In this document: positions 51,441 through 61,508 of the stretch, piece after piece
Layout of the letters: every line of letters starts with the position of its first letter
How positions within the stretch are numbered: position 1 is the first letter of the stretch
Source of the DNA: Gammaproteobacteria bacterium
GTDB taxonomy: Bacteria; Pseudomonadota; Gammaproteobacteria; SZUA-152
Assembly (NCBI GenBank): GCA_021648485.1
Contig: JAKISS010000010.1
Span: 485 to 64,484 of the forward strand
Direction of reading: 5' to 3'
DNA length: 64,000 bases
Position numbers and translations under genes: made by a program
Notes under the pieces: generated by a model
What the model was told of the DNA's origin: nothing
Database searches by the model: none
What the model saw: the letters and a program-made list of their open reading frames with translations, nothing else

Positions 51441-51695
51441 ATGGAAATGTTTTACATCCTGAACCACTGGCACTGGTGGGCGCTGGGCGCGTTGTTTGTG
51501 CTTGGTGAACTTATCACACCCTGTGTTTATTTTGTCGCCATTGGCATTGCCGCTGTGCTGGTTGGTCTGGTGACCCGGTTCATGCCCGAAATGGCAGGTG
51601 AGTGGCAACTGGGCTTGTTTATCGGTCTGACCCTGATTAGTACAGGCATTGCGCGCAATAAACGGCGTGGCGGTTCTCCCCGACAAAAAGCCTGA
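51441..51695 (+). CDS. NfeD-like membrane protein lacking the C-terminal OB-fold domain
   Basis: HWHWWALGALFVLGELIT...IAAVLVGLV...EWQLGLFIGLTLI parallels the membrane half of E. coli YbbJ. The ORF stops 45 nt before the next gene. Confidence 0.4.
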   Translation: MEMFYILNHWHWWALGALFVLGELITPCVYFVAIGIAAVLVGLVTRFMPEMAGEWQLGLFIGLTLISTGIARNKRRGGSPRQKA

Positions 51696-51740
51696 TAAAG
51701 CACCTCTGGCAACGTAAACCGACTGACAAAGGATGGCACC

Positions 51741-52169
51741 ATGAGCACCAACAAGCACGTCAAGAGTATCAACCCTATCGAAGCGCAAAAGCTGCTGGAA
51801 GAGAACCCCAGCGCCGTATTGATTGACGTGCGCTCCGCCATGGAGTTTTTGTTTGTGGGGCACCCTAAGGGTGCTGTACATGTGGCATGGATTGACGAGC
51901 CTGACTGGAAGGTGGATTCTGCTTTTTCTTCCCATGTGCGCCAGGTGATGCTCGGCGGACTCAATTGTGACGATGATGGCTGTACGCCTGTGGTGCTGAT
52001 TTGCCGTAGTGGCAAGCGCTCTCACGAAGCAGGAGAAACCCTGCTTAAAGAGGGCTTTAATGATGTCTATAACGTGTTAGAAGGTTTCGAAGGCGAGCTG
52101 GATGAAGAGCATCATCGCTCCACTCTGGGTGGCTGGCGTTTTCATAACCTGCCTTGGGAACAATGCTGA
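51741..52169 (+). CDS. Rhodanese-like domain protein
   Basis: LIDVRSAMEF... and active-site loop LICRSGKRS. Confidence 0.8.
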   Translation: MSTNKHVKSINPIEAQKLLEENPSAVLIDVRSAMEFLFVGHPKGAVHVAWIDEPDWKVDSAFSSHVRQVMLGGLNCDDDGCTPVVLICRSGKRSHEAGETLLKEGFNDVYNVLEGFEGELDEEHHRSTLGGWRFHNLPWEQC

Positions 52170-52241
52170 ATTCCAAGGCCTGAGCACCCGGCACTTCGTG
52201 CTAGAATATCTGGCTATTTACCCCCGTATACCGGTACCCCC

Positions 52242-55200
52242 ATGACTGAATTCGAAAAACGTCTCAAAAACCAAATCCTTATTTTGGATGGTGCCATGGG
52301 CACCATGATCCAGCAACACAGTCTGGACGAGGCTGGTTATCGTGGCGAGCGTTTTGCCGACTGGCACAGCGACGTGAAAGGCAATAACGACCTGCTGTCG
52401 TTAACCCAGCCACAGATCATCCGTGACATTCACGAGCAATACCTGGACGCTGGCGCTGACATTGTAGAAACCAACACTTTCAGCGCCAACGCCGTGTCCA
52501 TGACCAATTATCACATGCAGGACATGGTCTACGAGTTGAACCTGGAATCCGCCAGACTGGCTCGCCTCGCCTGTGATTCACGTACAACGACCGACAAGCC
52601 CCGCTTCGTGGCCGGCGTACTTGGCCCCACCGACCGCACTGCTACTCTGTCGCCGGATGTCAATCGCCCCGGTTTTCGTAACATCGATTTCGACACGTTG
52701 TGTGAAACCTATCTGGAGGCCACCAAAGGTTTGGTGGATGGTGGCTCCGATATCATTTTGGTGGAAACCATCTTCGATACACTCAATGCCAAAGCCGCGC
52801 TGTATGCCATTGAAGATTACTTTGAAACCAGTGGCAAGCGCCTGCCAGTGATGATTTCCGGCACGATTACCGATGCCTCCGGGCGTACCCTGTCTGGACA
52901 AACTGCCGAGGCCTTTTGGAATTCGATGCGCCATATCGAGCCTATTAGTTTTGGGTTCAACTGTGCATTGGGTGCAGCGGAATTGCGTCAGTACGTGGAA
53001 GAAATTGCGGGCATCGCCAATTGTCACATCAACAGCCATCCCAACGCCGGTCTGCCCAACGAGTTCGGCGAGTACGATGAAACGCCGGAAGAAATGGCGG
53101 CAGAGATCGAAGAATGGGCAAAAAGCGGCTTTGTGAACATCATCGGTGGCTGTTGTGGCACCACACCACCACACATCAGAGCCATTGCCAATGCTGTGGA
53201 AAAACACGCCCCTCGCAAGATACCTGAAGACGACCACACCTGCCGTCTGGCGGGGCTGGAACCACTGAACATCACTGCTGAATCGTTATTTGTTAACGTC
53301 GGTGAACGCACCAACGTCACTGGTTCCGCCAAATTCAAACGACTGATTCTTGAAGAGCAATTTGATGAAGCACTGAGTGTGGCCCGCGAACAAGTGGAAA
53401 ATGGCGCACAGGTTATCGATATCAACATGGATGAGGCTATGCTTGATGGCGTCGTTGCCATGCGCGATTTTCTTAACCTCATTGCCTCGGAGCCAGATAT
53501 CTCCAAGGTGCCGGTGATGATCGATTCATCCAAATGGGAAATCATCGAAGCCGGTCTCAAATGCAATCAAGGCAAAGGCATCGTCAATTCCATCTCACTG
53601 AAAGAGGGCGAAGAAAAATTTATCGTCCATGCAAAGAAAGTGCGGCAATACGGTGCGGCAATGATCATCATGGCTTTTGATGAAGAAGGGCAGGCTGACA
53701 CCGAAGCACGCAAAATTGAGATTTGCACACGTTCATATAAGATTCTGACGGAAATTGTTGGCTTCCCGCCGGAAGACATTATCTTTGATCCTAATATTTT
53801 TGCCGTCGCCACGGGCATTGAAGAACACAACAATTACGGCGTGGATTTCATTGAAGCCACTCGTAAAATCACAGCAACCCTGCCTTACGCCAAGGTGTCC
53901 GGCGGCGTATCCAACGTCTCGTTTTCATTCCGCGGCAACAACCCGGTACGCGAAGCAATCCATTCGGTATTCCTGTATCACGCCATCAAGGCAGGCATGG
54001 GTATGGGTATTGTCAACGCTGGCCAGCTTGCCGTATACGATGACCTGCCTGCCGAACTGAAAGAGCGCGTGGAGGATGTAGTCCTTAACCGCCGCGATGA
54101 TGCCACTGACCGCCTGCTGGAAATCGCTGAACAATACCGTGGCGATGGCGCTATTGCGAAAAAAGAAAATCTCGAATGGCGCGAACTGCCCGTCGCCAAA
54201 CGCCTTGAGCACGCACTGGTGAAAGGTATTGATACCTATGCCGTAGAAGATGCCGAAGAAGCGCGCTTGAGTTTTGATCGCCCCATCCACGTTATTGAAG
54301 GTCCGTTGATGGATGGCATGAACGTGGTGGGTGACCTGTTCGGTGAAGGAAAAATGTTTTTGCCGCAAGTCGTAAAAAGCGCGCGCGTCATGAAAAAAGC
54401 GGTAGCCCACCTCATTCCCTTTATCGAGGCCGAAAAAGGAGAAGGCCAAAAAGCCGCAGCCAAAGTGCTGATGGCCACTGTCAAAGGTGACGTACATGAC
54501 ATTGGCAAGAATATCGTTGGCGTGGTTTTGCAGTGCAACAATATTGAAGTCATCGACATTGGCGTAATGGTGCCTGCACAAAAAATTCTCGATGCCGCGA
54601 AAGAACACAACGTGGATATCATTGGTCTTTCCGGTTTGATCACACCGTCGTTAGAAGAAATGTCACACATTTCCAGTGAAATGCAACGTCTGGGCATGAG
54701 CATCCCACTGATGATCGGTGGTGCCACTACTTCTCGCGCACACACAGCGGTAAAAATTGAGCCTAACTATAAAAATGGTCCCAGCGTGTGGGTGAAAGAT
54801 GCCTCGCGCGCTGTGGGTGTCGTACAAAACCTGATTTCTCCGGAGCTGAAAAAAGATTTTGTTGCCAAACTGCAAGCCGATTACGTGCAAGTTCGTGAGA
54901 ATCACGCCAACCGCCAGCGCGCCATCAAATGGCTGACCCTGGAACAGGCACGCGCCAACAAGGCCCAAATTGACTGGGCCGATTACACGCCACCCGCTCC
55001 CGGGAAAACAGGCATACAGGTATTTGAGGATTTCCCGTTGAAAGAGCTGCGTGATTACATCGACTGGACACCTTTTTTCCATTCCTGGGAATTAAAAGGC
55101 AGCTACCCGAAAATTTTTGATGATGCGCAAAAAGGTGAAGAAGCCCGTAAACTGTTTGCAGATGCAGAAAGCATGCTGGATAAAATCATCAGCGAAAAAT

Positions 55201-55910
55201 GGCTGCAAGCAAAAGCTGTGGTGGGCATATTCCCCGCTAACAGCGTGGATGATGATATCGAAATTTACACCGATGAATCACGCAGAGAAATCCTGACCGT
55301 CTTTTGTAATCTGCGCCAGCAGCAACAAAAAGTCGACGGCAAACCCAATCGCTGCCTCAGTGACTTTATCGCCCCCAAAGACAGCGGCAAAATCGATTAT
55401 CTCGGAGGCTTCGCCGTGACTGCTGGCATCGGCATCGACGAACATATCGCCGAATTTGAAAAAAATCACGATGACTACCATGCCATTATGATCAAGGCAC
55501 TGGCCGACCGCCTTGCCGAAGCCTTTGCTGAACGTATGCATGAAAAAGTACGCCAGGAAATCTGGGCTTATAACACTGAGCAGCTTAGCAAGGAGCAGCT
55601 TGTTAAAGAACAGTATAAAGGCATACGTCCTGCTGCTGGTTATCCTACTTCCCCTGACCACACCGAAAAAGACAGTTTGTGGGCGCTGCTCGACGTGCAG
55701 GAAAATACCGGCATCTGGCTCACCGAAGCCAAAGCCATGGTACCCACTGCGGCAGTTAGCGGCCTGTATTTTGCGCACCCGGAATCCTGTTACTTTGCTG
55801 TGGGCAAAATCAACCAGGATCAGGTAGCCGACTATGCCAAGCGCAAGAAAATGGATTTGCAGGATGCGGAATACTGGCTGGCACCCAACCTGGGTTACAA
55901 CAAAACCTGA
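52242..55910 (+). CDS. metH: Cobalamin-dependent methionine synthase
   Basis: All MetH modules are present over 1222 aa: Hcy, pterin, B12-binding (GDVHDIGKN) and AdoMet activation. Confidence 0.97.
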   Translation: MTEFEKRLKNQILILDGAMGTMIQQHSLDEAGYRGERFADWHSDVKGNNDLLSLTQPQIIRDIHEQYLDAGADIVETNTFSANAVSMTNYHMQDMVYELNLESARLARLACDSRTTTDKPRFVAGVLGPTDRTATLSPDVNRPGFRNIDFDTLCETYLEATKGLVDGGSDIILVETIFDTLNAKAALYAIEDYFETSGKRLPVMISGTITDASGRTLSGQTAEAFWNSMRHIEPISFGFNCALGAAELRQYVEEIAGIANCHINSHPNAGLPNEFGEYDETPEEMAAEIEEWAKSGFVNIIGGCCGTTPPHIRAIANAVEKHAPRKIPEDDHTCRLAGLEPLNITAESLFVNVGERTNVTGSAKFKRLILEEQFDEALSVAREQVENGAQVIDINMDEAMLDGVVAMRDFLNLIASEPDISKVPVMIDSSKWEIIEAGLKCNQGKGIVNSISLKEGEEKFIVHAKKVRQYGAAMIIMAFDEEGQADTEARKIEICTRSYKILTEIVGFPPEDIIFDPNIFAVATGIEEHNNYGVDFIEATRKITATLPYAKVSGGVSNVSFSFRGNNPVREAIHSVFLYHAIKAGMGMGIVNAGQLAVYDDLPAELKERVEDVVLNRRDDATDRLLEIAEQYRGDGAIAKKENLEWRELPVAKRLEHALVKGIDTYAVEDAEEARLSFDRPIHVIEGPLMDGMNVVGDLFGEGKMFLPQVVKSARVMKKAVAHLIPFIEAEKGEGQKAAAKVLMATVKGDVHDIGKNIVGVVLQCNNIEVIDIGVMVPAQKILDAAKEHNVDIIGLSGLITPSLEEMSHISSEMQRLGMSIPLMIGGATTSRAHTAVKIEPNYKNGPSVWVKDASRAVGVVQNLISPELKKDFVAKLQADYVQVRENHANRQRAIKWLTLEQARANKAQIDWADYTPPAPGKTGIQVFEDFPLKELRDYIDWTPFFHSWELKGSYPKIFDDAQKGEEARKLFADAESMLDKIISEKWLQAKAVVGIFPANSVDDDIEIYTDESRREILTVFCNLRQQQQKVDGKPNRCLSDFIAPKDSGKIDYLGGFAVTAGIGIDEHIAEFEKNHDDYHAIMIKALADRLAEAFAERMHEKVRQEIWAYNTEQLSKEQLVKEQYKGIRPAAGYPTSPDHTEKDSLWALLDVQENTGIWLTEAKAMVPTAAVSGLYFAHPESCYFAVGKINQDQVADYAKRKKMDLQDAEYWLAPNLGYNKT

Positions 55911-56139
55911 TTATTTCACCTGCCTTAGCAGCTTAAATGTGAGTTATGTGCTAAATCATTCTGTTAGCCTTTTTTACTGAAAATACCTGTATTCCGATCT
56001 GTTTTTAGCCAGAATCCAGAGGTTTACATCCCCGGACAAGCGTTCTAATACAGTAGGAAGTTATGTTGTCGTGGCATTGGTAAGGTCGCGTGTTATAAAC
56101 ACAGAGATCGCAGAGACGCAGAAGGCTCAAAGTGTTTAG

Positions 56140-56244
56140 TTGTTTTTCTCTGTGCCCTCCGCTATCACCGGTCACAAAGATCTGGCCATGCTCAAGCGTT
56201 ATATTCATTTAAAGGCTGAAGACCTGGCGAAGAAGTTAGGATAA
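56140..56244 (+). pseudogene. 3'-terminal stub of a tyrosine recombinase (integrase) gene
   Basis: Encodes LFFSVPSAITGHKDLAMLKRYIHLKAEDLAKKLG*, the conserved integrase C-terminus with the catalytic Tyr in RY-H-L. An in-frame TAG lies at 56137 and nothing recognisable upstream. Confidence 0.6.
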
Positions 56245-56313
56245 AGCAAAGTAAGATTGTGCGGATGGTAGGGTAGCCAAAACAATTAAAATAATGAAAT
56301 GGGGATGGCTTAA

Positions 56314-57264
56314 GTGTCAGATCAGTTTTTTGAAAAACCAATCTTGAACTCGCCATATGAGTATCCAAATACTCACCGGGAGCTTGATGAATCGGGACAG
56401 CCGACACAGAAAGTCGTCAATGCCCGTCGTAGGGCAGAGTTTATAACGCCTATTCCCAGACCCCGAAAGCGAAAAGGGCCGGTTGAACAGGCGCAAATGG
56501 ACTTAGGGACAACCATTGGCCCGGAGGGTGATTCGCAGCGATACGACCCTACGCCGATTATTAACCAGCTCCGTAGCCATGTAGATGAGTGGCGTAGATT
56601 GAAAAACCCAAATGACTGGGGAGTGACGCCGGAGACAGCGAGGCTTCTGCAACATTGGCGGCACCACAGCTTTAACGAAATACGGCCATTTTTCTGCCAG
56701 ATAGAAGCCGTGGAAGTGGCTATATGGCTTACCGAAGTCGCACCTAAAATAGGCAAGGCAGGCAAAATATTCCTGAATCACCTCGATAGCGCCAACAATG
56801 ATGCAAACCCAGAATTGATGAGACTGGCATTAAAACTAGCCACCGGGGCAGGTAAGACCACTGTCATGGCGATGATTATCGCCTGGCAGACAATCAACTC
56901 GGTGCGCCGCTCCAACAGTAAAAAGTACTCCCGGGGGTTTCTTATTGTTGCACCAGGGTTAACGATTAAAGACCGGCTTCGTGTCTTGTTGCCCAACGAT
57001 CCAGACAGCTACTACGCCAGCCGCGAGCTGGTGCCCAACGATATGTTGCCTGATCTGGAAAAGGCCAAAGATGACATTATTCCCCTTGAGTCGCGCTTGT
57101 CCTCTGTATCAGACGATACGGTTGACCTTGAAGAGGTTTACAATACTGAACGACATTTGCTCTATGTTGCCTGCACTCGTGCGAGGGATCATTTGTTAGT
57201 GACGGGTGTTGAGCCTGGATCTGAGTTTTTGGATGATCTGAAGGTATTGGCTAGTGATGAGTGA
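56314..57264 (+). CDS. Chimeric ORF, probably a pseudogene: type III restriction Res/DEAD-box helicase N-terminal ~250 aa fused in frame to a UvrD-like helicase C-terminal remnant
   Basis: FFEKPILNSPYEYP...LATGAGKTTVMA (helicase motif I, nt ~56836-56862) with no later helicase motifs. From ~57070 the sequence switches to ...ERHLLYVACTRARDHLLV (SF1 motif VI-like). Confidence 0.65.
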   Translation: MSDQFFEKPILNSPYEYPNTHRELDESGQPTQKVVNARRRAEFITPIPRPRKRKGPVEQAQMDLGTTIGPEGDSQRYDPTPIINQLRSHVDEWRRLKNPNDWGVTPETARLLQHWRHHSFNEIRPFFCQIEAVEVAIWLTEVAPKIGKAGKIFLNHLDSANNDANPELMRLALKLATGAGKTTVMAMIIAWQTINSVRRSNSKKYSRGFLIVAPGLTIKDRLRVLLPNDPDSYYASRELVPNDMLPDLEKAKDDIIPLESRLSSVSDDTVDLEEVYNTERHLLYVACTRARDHLLVTGVEPGSEFLDDLKVLASDE

Positions 57265-58942
57265 CACGATGACAGAGCAGGAACTTCATGATTACCTGCA
57301 AACTCATTACTCCACAGAGAATGTGAGCTGTGAGCACAAAGCATTTTCTCGCCTTCGCCATGCGGTGTCGGGTAAAGCGGGTGATGACGTGATTTCCTAT
57401 GTGTCAGCGCTGGCTAATATGGAGGGTGGTCAGCTTATCTTCGGTGTTGAGGATGGCACGCTTAATGTTCTGGGCATTGCTGATTGCCACGATTTCACTC
57501 CGGAAAATCTGCCACATCGTTTGATCGGTAACTGTGTCAATCTAAACAGTGAGGGGCTGCGGGTTGAGGTCTTCATCACTCAGGACTCGGGCAAGCGGGT
57601 GTGGGTGCTTCATGTACCCAAGCATCAGCCGAGGAAGCCGGTGTTTGCTCATCGTAAGGGGTGGCAGCGTAGCGGTGATAGTTTGATCGAATTACGGCCT
57701 GAGCGAGAAGCGGTTATTTTGGCTGAAGCGGTTTCTGCCAATGAGGATTGGTCAATTCAGGTGGTGGAAGATGCAACCTTGGATGATCTTTCAGCAGAGG
57801 CAATTACTGCTGCCCGAAATCACTTCAAAAAGAAAAATGCTACGTTAGCTGCGGAGGTGGATAGGTGGAGTGATGAGGTTTTTCTAAACAAGGCTAAGCT
57901 GACGATTCAGGGCAAGATAACGCGGGCCGCCTTGGTGCTGCTGGGTAAGCCGGAGTCTGATCACTTTTTAACACCTGCGGTGGTTACCCTAAGCTGGATT
58001 GTAAAGGATCGGGATGGTCTGGAAGAGGACTATGAGCATTTTTCTGCACCGCTAATTTTGGCGGTGGACAAGCTCTTTGCCCGTATCCGTAATCTTAAAT
58101 ATCGCTATATGGCAGATAGCACGCTGTTTCCAGAAGAGGTGAATAAATACGATACCTGGGTTATTCGTGAGGCTCTACATAATTGCATCGCTCATCAGGA
58201 CTATCAATTAGGCGCGCGAGTGGTGGTTGTGGAATTTCCAGACCGGCTGGTATTTTCCAACAAAGGGGGCTTTATCCCTGGTGATGTGGAACGGGTGATT
58301 AGCCTGGATGCCCCTGAACCTTACTACCGTAACCGTTTTTTGGCCCAGGCAATGGTGAGCCTGAATATGATTGATACGGTGGGTAGTGGTATCAAGAAAA
58401 TGTACGTTACGCAGCGTCGTCGTTTCTTTCCCATGCCTGATTACCGTATTGAGCCAGATGGCGTGATGGTGACTATCTATGGCCGTATCGTGGACGAACG
58501 CTTCTCAAAGCTGCTGGCGGCAGATCCCGAGTTGTTGCTACATGATGTGATTTTGTTGGACAAAGTGCAGAAGGGCTATCAGTTAAGCGATGATGAAATA
58601 AAGACCCTGCGGGATAAAAAGCTGATTGAGGGGCGTAAACCCAATCTGTTTGTGTCGGCCAAAGTGGCGAGTGCAACGGGACAAAAGGCGGCTTACACCA
58701 AGCAAAAGGCCTTGGATCAGCAATATTATTTAGACATGATTCTTAAGCTCATTGAGCAGCATGGGGAAGTTGGCCGAGCAGATATTGATGAGCTGTTGTG
58801 GAAAATGCTTCCCGATTTTTTGGATGACAAACAGCGCAAAATCAAAATCAATAATCTTCTGAGCGAGCTTTCAGTACGGCAGGGGAAAATTCGCAATATT
58901 GGCACACGTGGCCAGCCGAAGTGGGTGTTGATAGGGAGCTAA
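57257..58942 (+). CDS. AlbA_2 (Schlafen-type) + HATPase_c_4 + C-terminal wHTH protein ('RecG-like ATP-binding / putative DNA-binding' family)
   Basis: N-terminal ENVSCEHKAF...ISYVSALANMEGGQLIFGVEDGTLNVLGI. Central REALHNCIAHQDYQLGARVVVVEFPDRLVFSNKGGF. Start could be 57254, 57257 or 57269. Confidence 0.75.
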   Translation: MSDTMTEQELHDYLQTHYSTENVSCEHKAFSRLRHAVSGKAGDDVISYVSALANMEGGQLIFGVEDGTLNVLGIADCHDFTPENLPHRLIGNCVNLNSEGLRVEVFITQDSGKRVWVLHVPKHQPRKPVFAHRKGWQRSGDSLIELRPEREAVILAEAVSANEDWSIQVVEDATLDDLSAEAITAARNHFKKKNATLAAEVDRWSDEVFLNKAKLTIQGKITRAALVLLGKPESDHFLTPAVVTLSWIVKDRDGLEEDYEHFSAPLILAVDKLFARIRNLKYRYMADSTLFPEEVNKYDTWVIREALHNCIAHQDYQLGARVVVVEFPDRLVFSNKGGFIPGDVERVISLDAPEPYYRNRFLAQAMVSLNMIDTVGSGIKKMYVTQRRRFFPMPDYRIEPDGVMVTIYGRIVDERFSKLLAADPELLLHDVILLDKVQKGYQLSDDEIKTLRDKKLIEGRKPNLFVSAKVASATGQKAAYTKQKALDQQYYLDMILKLIEQHGEVGRADIDELLWKMLPDFLDDKQRKIKINNLLSELSVRQGKIRNIGTRGQPKWVLIGS

Positions 58943-59224
58943 ACCTATTAATTAACCGCTATTTTAAGATTTTTTTATGAAAGGGAAGGTGGTAACTAAT
59001 TGTTTTTTATGTTTAATAGTTGTTTTTGTGGCAGTTGAAAATTAAAGGAAGACTAAAAATAGTGAGCTATGGAAGTCGGTGCTTGATCGTTCAGTTTGAA
59101 ACTTGTGCTTCATTTTCCTTTTCAGCAATACGATACCCCATTGCCCGGTAGCCTCGCTGGCGTTTATCCCACACTTTCAATAACGCAGGGTGTCCGGTAT
59201 TGACACTTGTGTTAGTAACGTGCC

Positions 59225-61474
59225 TTAATCAGCGCTGTTCACCTCTTGCTCGATTTCATCAATAGCCTGCATCACAATCCCTTTGATCTCATTCAAAAAC
59301 TTAAACACCAGTTTGTCACCTCGAGCGTCGGGAATGGGGACATATTCAGCGTAAATGCTGCTGATGCGTTGGCGGCGCTTGAAGGTGCTGCCTGCGCCGC
59401 GTAGCGCATAGGCTTCATGCCAGGCCGGTTGTGCCAGCTCCCTGAGTCGGTGTGAGCTGAGCTCAGGGATTTTCTGCGTGACGGCGGTTTTGATGCGGTC
59501 GATGGTTTCGCGCTTTTGTTCTTCTGTCGCTTGGCCGCTCCACTCAATCGGGTTTTCCAAAAAACGCGAGATGGCTGCTGACAGGGCAGTAATAAGATTG
59601 GACGCTGGGCGTAGATAAAAGCCATCATCCCAGCCTTCGGCATAGCGTCGGCTTAGAGCTTTAATGCTTTGCCATGGGCTAGGGGTAAATTCAGGGTGCT
59701 GGGCCAAACCCAGTCTGCTATTCCATTGCTGGCGGAAGTCATGGCTAGCCTCTTGTATAGCGAGTACCAGGTTGTCCGGGCTGTATTTGGGAAAGGATAC
59801 CGGCTCAAAGACCGGTGGTTGGGCAGCGGCCAGATGTGTCAGCAGTTTGTTGAGTTCTGGTATGGCGGGTTTGGGATCGGCTTTGTCGATTCTACCCACA
59901 TAAAAAGTGCTGCTTTCCAGGTGGTGCAAGAGATGGCGTGCCGCTTCGGTGGAGACGTTTTTTGCCAGCTGGTTTTCTGCCACATTGCGCACCCCTCCGA
60001 AGATATGATCGAGCTTGGCTTGGCCTTTAAGGTTGTCGCCCTTTACTGCATCCATATGTGTGAATACCACGGCCAGCTTTTGGGTGTGGCCGGTATTGAC
60101 GATACCCTCAAGCGCTTTGCCAGCGGCGAAGTTAGTCATGCTGTTCTTGGCGCTGTCCACCAGCAGGATGACATCGGTGCTATGCAGCAAGGCTAGTGTT
60201 TGTTCGGGAAGATCCGCTGTAGTGCCTGCTTTATGCATTAAGCCTTCTGTGTCGATCAGCACCAGCTTGGCTGGGTTGGCGGCCCAGTTGGGCTTGAAGG
60301 GGCCGGATACTCGCATGCCATTGACCAGCGGGGTGAGCAGTTTGCCCCAGGATTGAATGGCGATGCCGGAGAAAAAGCGTACAGATTTGAGGAATTGCTC
60401 GCGTTGTATTGCGGGTGTTTCAATGTGCCAGGCGCGTGGCCAGCCAGTGGTGGTTTTCTCGAATTTGCCGTTGGGAGTTAAGTCGAATTTGCTGCGGATT
60501 TCATCAAGGATGTCGGAGGTGATTTCCAGAAATGCATCTGAAACGATGGCTTCTTCTTCAACTAGGTCCATGGCGGCATTGCGATCTTCTGACGACATCT
60601 CTGACAGCGGGCCTTGCTGATGCTCAACGGCTGCTTTTTTCTCTTGCGTAAGTGTCATGATGCGGTTGATATACCCGGCAAGAAGTTGCTGCGAGCGTGC
60701 TTTATCTTCGTCGGTGGGTGTGATGTCAGCCTGATTGTCTACGGCTGACTCGGTCTCTTCATCATCATAATCATAGGGATCGATCTCTTCTGCTTCGCTG
60801 GGCAGTTCGCCCAAAATATATTTGAGCCTGAAGCGCATATCACTCTTTTCCAGTAGGGTTTCCGCCACCCTCTGTTCGCTACTGTCGATGGCTTTTACCA
60901 GGGCGGCAGAGAGCGACTCTTCTATCTCAAAACGGGTTTCGTGTTCCGACATGAAGGTTACAACGGCCTGGTAGTGCTCACTATCGGAGACGGTAATTTC
61001 TGTGGGAAAGGTGGTGGTTCTGTTCACGGATGTGGATGGAAAGCGCTCCTTTTCGGGGTGGGTGCCAATCAACTGCCGCAATAAGGTGGTTTTACCCGCA
61101 CCCGGCACGCCTAACAATGCCACACTGGAATAGCCCTGGTTGTGGTCGGGTAGCGGTAAAAGTTTATCTCTCAGTTGGGTGGCGGATTGAGTGCGGGGCG
61201 CGATCTCTCCATAGAAGATTTCTACCACTTTGGCATCAAACTGCTTGGCGGCATCGGTTTGTGAGCCTATCGACCACAGCGATTCATCTGATAGCAGTTG
61301 GTTGAGTTGTGCGGTTAGACGCTGGGCTTCCTTTTCGTCGCACGTGCCTAGTCCTTTGCGGGTTTTCTTGCCGGGCTTGTTGTTGTTATCTGTTTTCAGT
61401 GGATGGCGGAATTCGACCAGCCAGGACTTGCGACCGGGGTTTTTTTTGGCAGTTGCAGTGTAACGCTGGGTCAT
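59225..61474 (-). CDS. Orphan 749-aa P-loop GTPase-like protein with split G domain and integrase-arm-like N-terminus
   Basis: G1 GVPGAGKTT (nt ~61088-61111), G3 LIDTEGL (~60243-60263), G4-like FTHMD (~60052-60066), with a ~270-aa acidic helical insert between G1/G2 and G3. Start set at ATG 61474, with GGAG 7 nt upstream. Confidence 0.7.
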   Translation of the reverse strand: MTQRYTATAKKNPGRKSWLVEFRHPLKTDNNNKPGKKTRKGLGTCDEKEAQRLTAQLNQLLSDESLWSIGSQTDAAKQFDAKVVEIFYGEIAPRTQSATQLRDKLLPLPDHNQGYSSVALLGVPGAGKTTLLRQLIGTHPEKERFPSTSVNRTTTFPTEITVSDSEHYQAVVTFMSEHETRFEIEESLSAALVKAIDSSEQRVAETLLEKSDMRFRLKYILGELPSEAEEIDPYDYDDEETESAVDNQADITPTDEDKARSQQLLAGYINRIMTLTQEKKAAVEHQQGPLSEMSSEDRNAAMDLVEEEAIVSDAFLEITSDILDEIRSKFDLTPNGKFEKTTTGWPRAWHIETPAIQREQFLKSVRFFSGIAIQSWGKLLTPLVNGMRVSGPFKPNWAANPAKLVLIDTEGLMHKAGTTADLPEQTLALLHSTDVILLVDSAKNSMTNFAAGKALEGIVNTGHTQKLAVVFTHMDAVKGDNLKGQAKLDHIFGGVRNVAENQLAKNVSTEAARHLLHHLESSTFYVGRIDKADPKPAIPELNKLLTHLAAAQPPVFEPVSFPKYSPDNLVLAIQEASHDFRQQWNSRLGLAQHPEFTPSPWQSIKALSRRYAEGWDDGFYLRPASNLITALSAAISRFLENPIEWSGQATEEQKRETIDRIKTAVTQKIPELSSHRLRELAQPAWHEAYALRGAGSTFKRRQRISSIYAEYVPIPDARGDKLVFKFLNEIKGIVMQAIDEIEQEVNSAD

Positions 61475-61508
61475 GGTCTGGCTCCAATTGATGTTCCGTG
61501 GTGTTCCA

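Noticed and set aside
56005-56208. 67-aa minus-strand ORF, and the 71-aa ORF at 56192-56407.
   Set aside because: They are antisense to the integrase C-terminal stub and to the Res N-terminus and have no motifs. The plus-strand readings are the recognisable ones.
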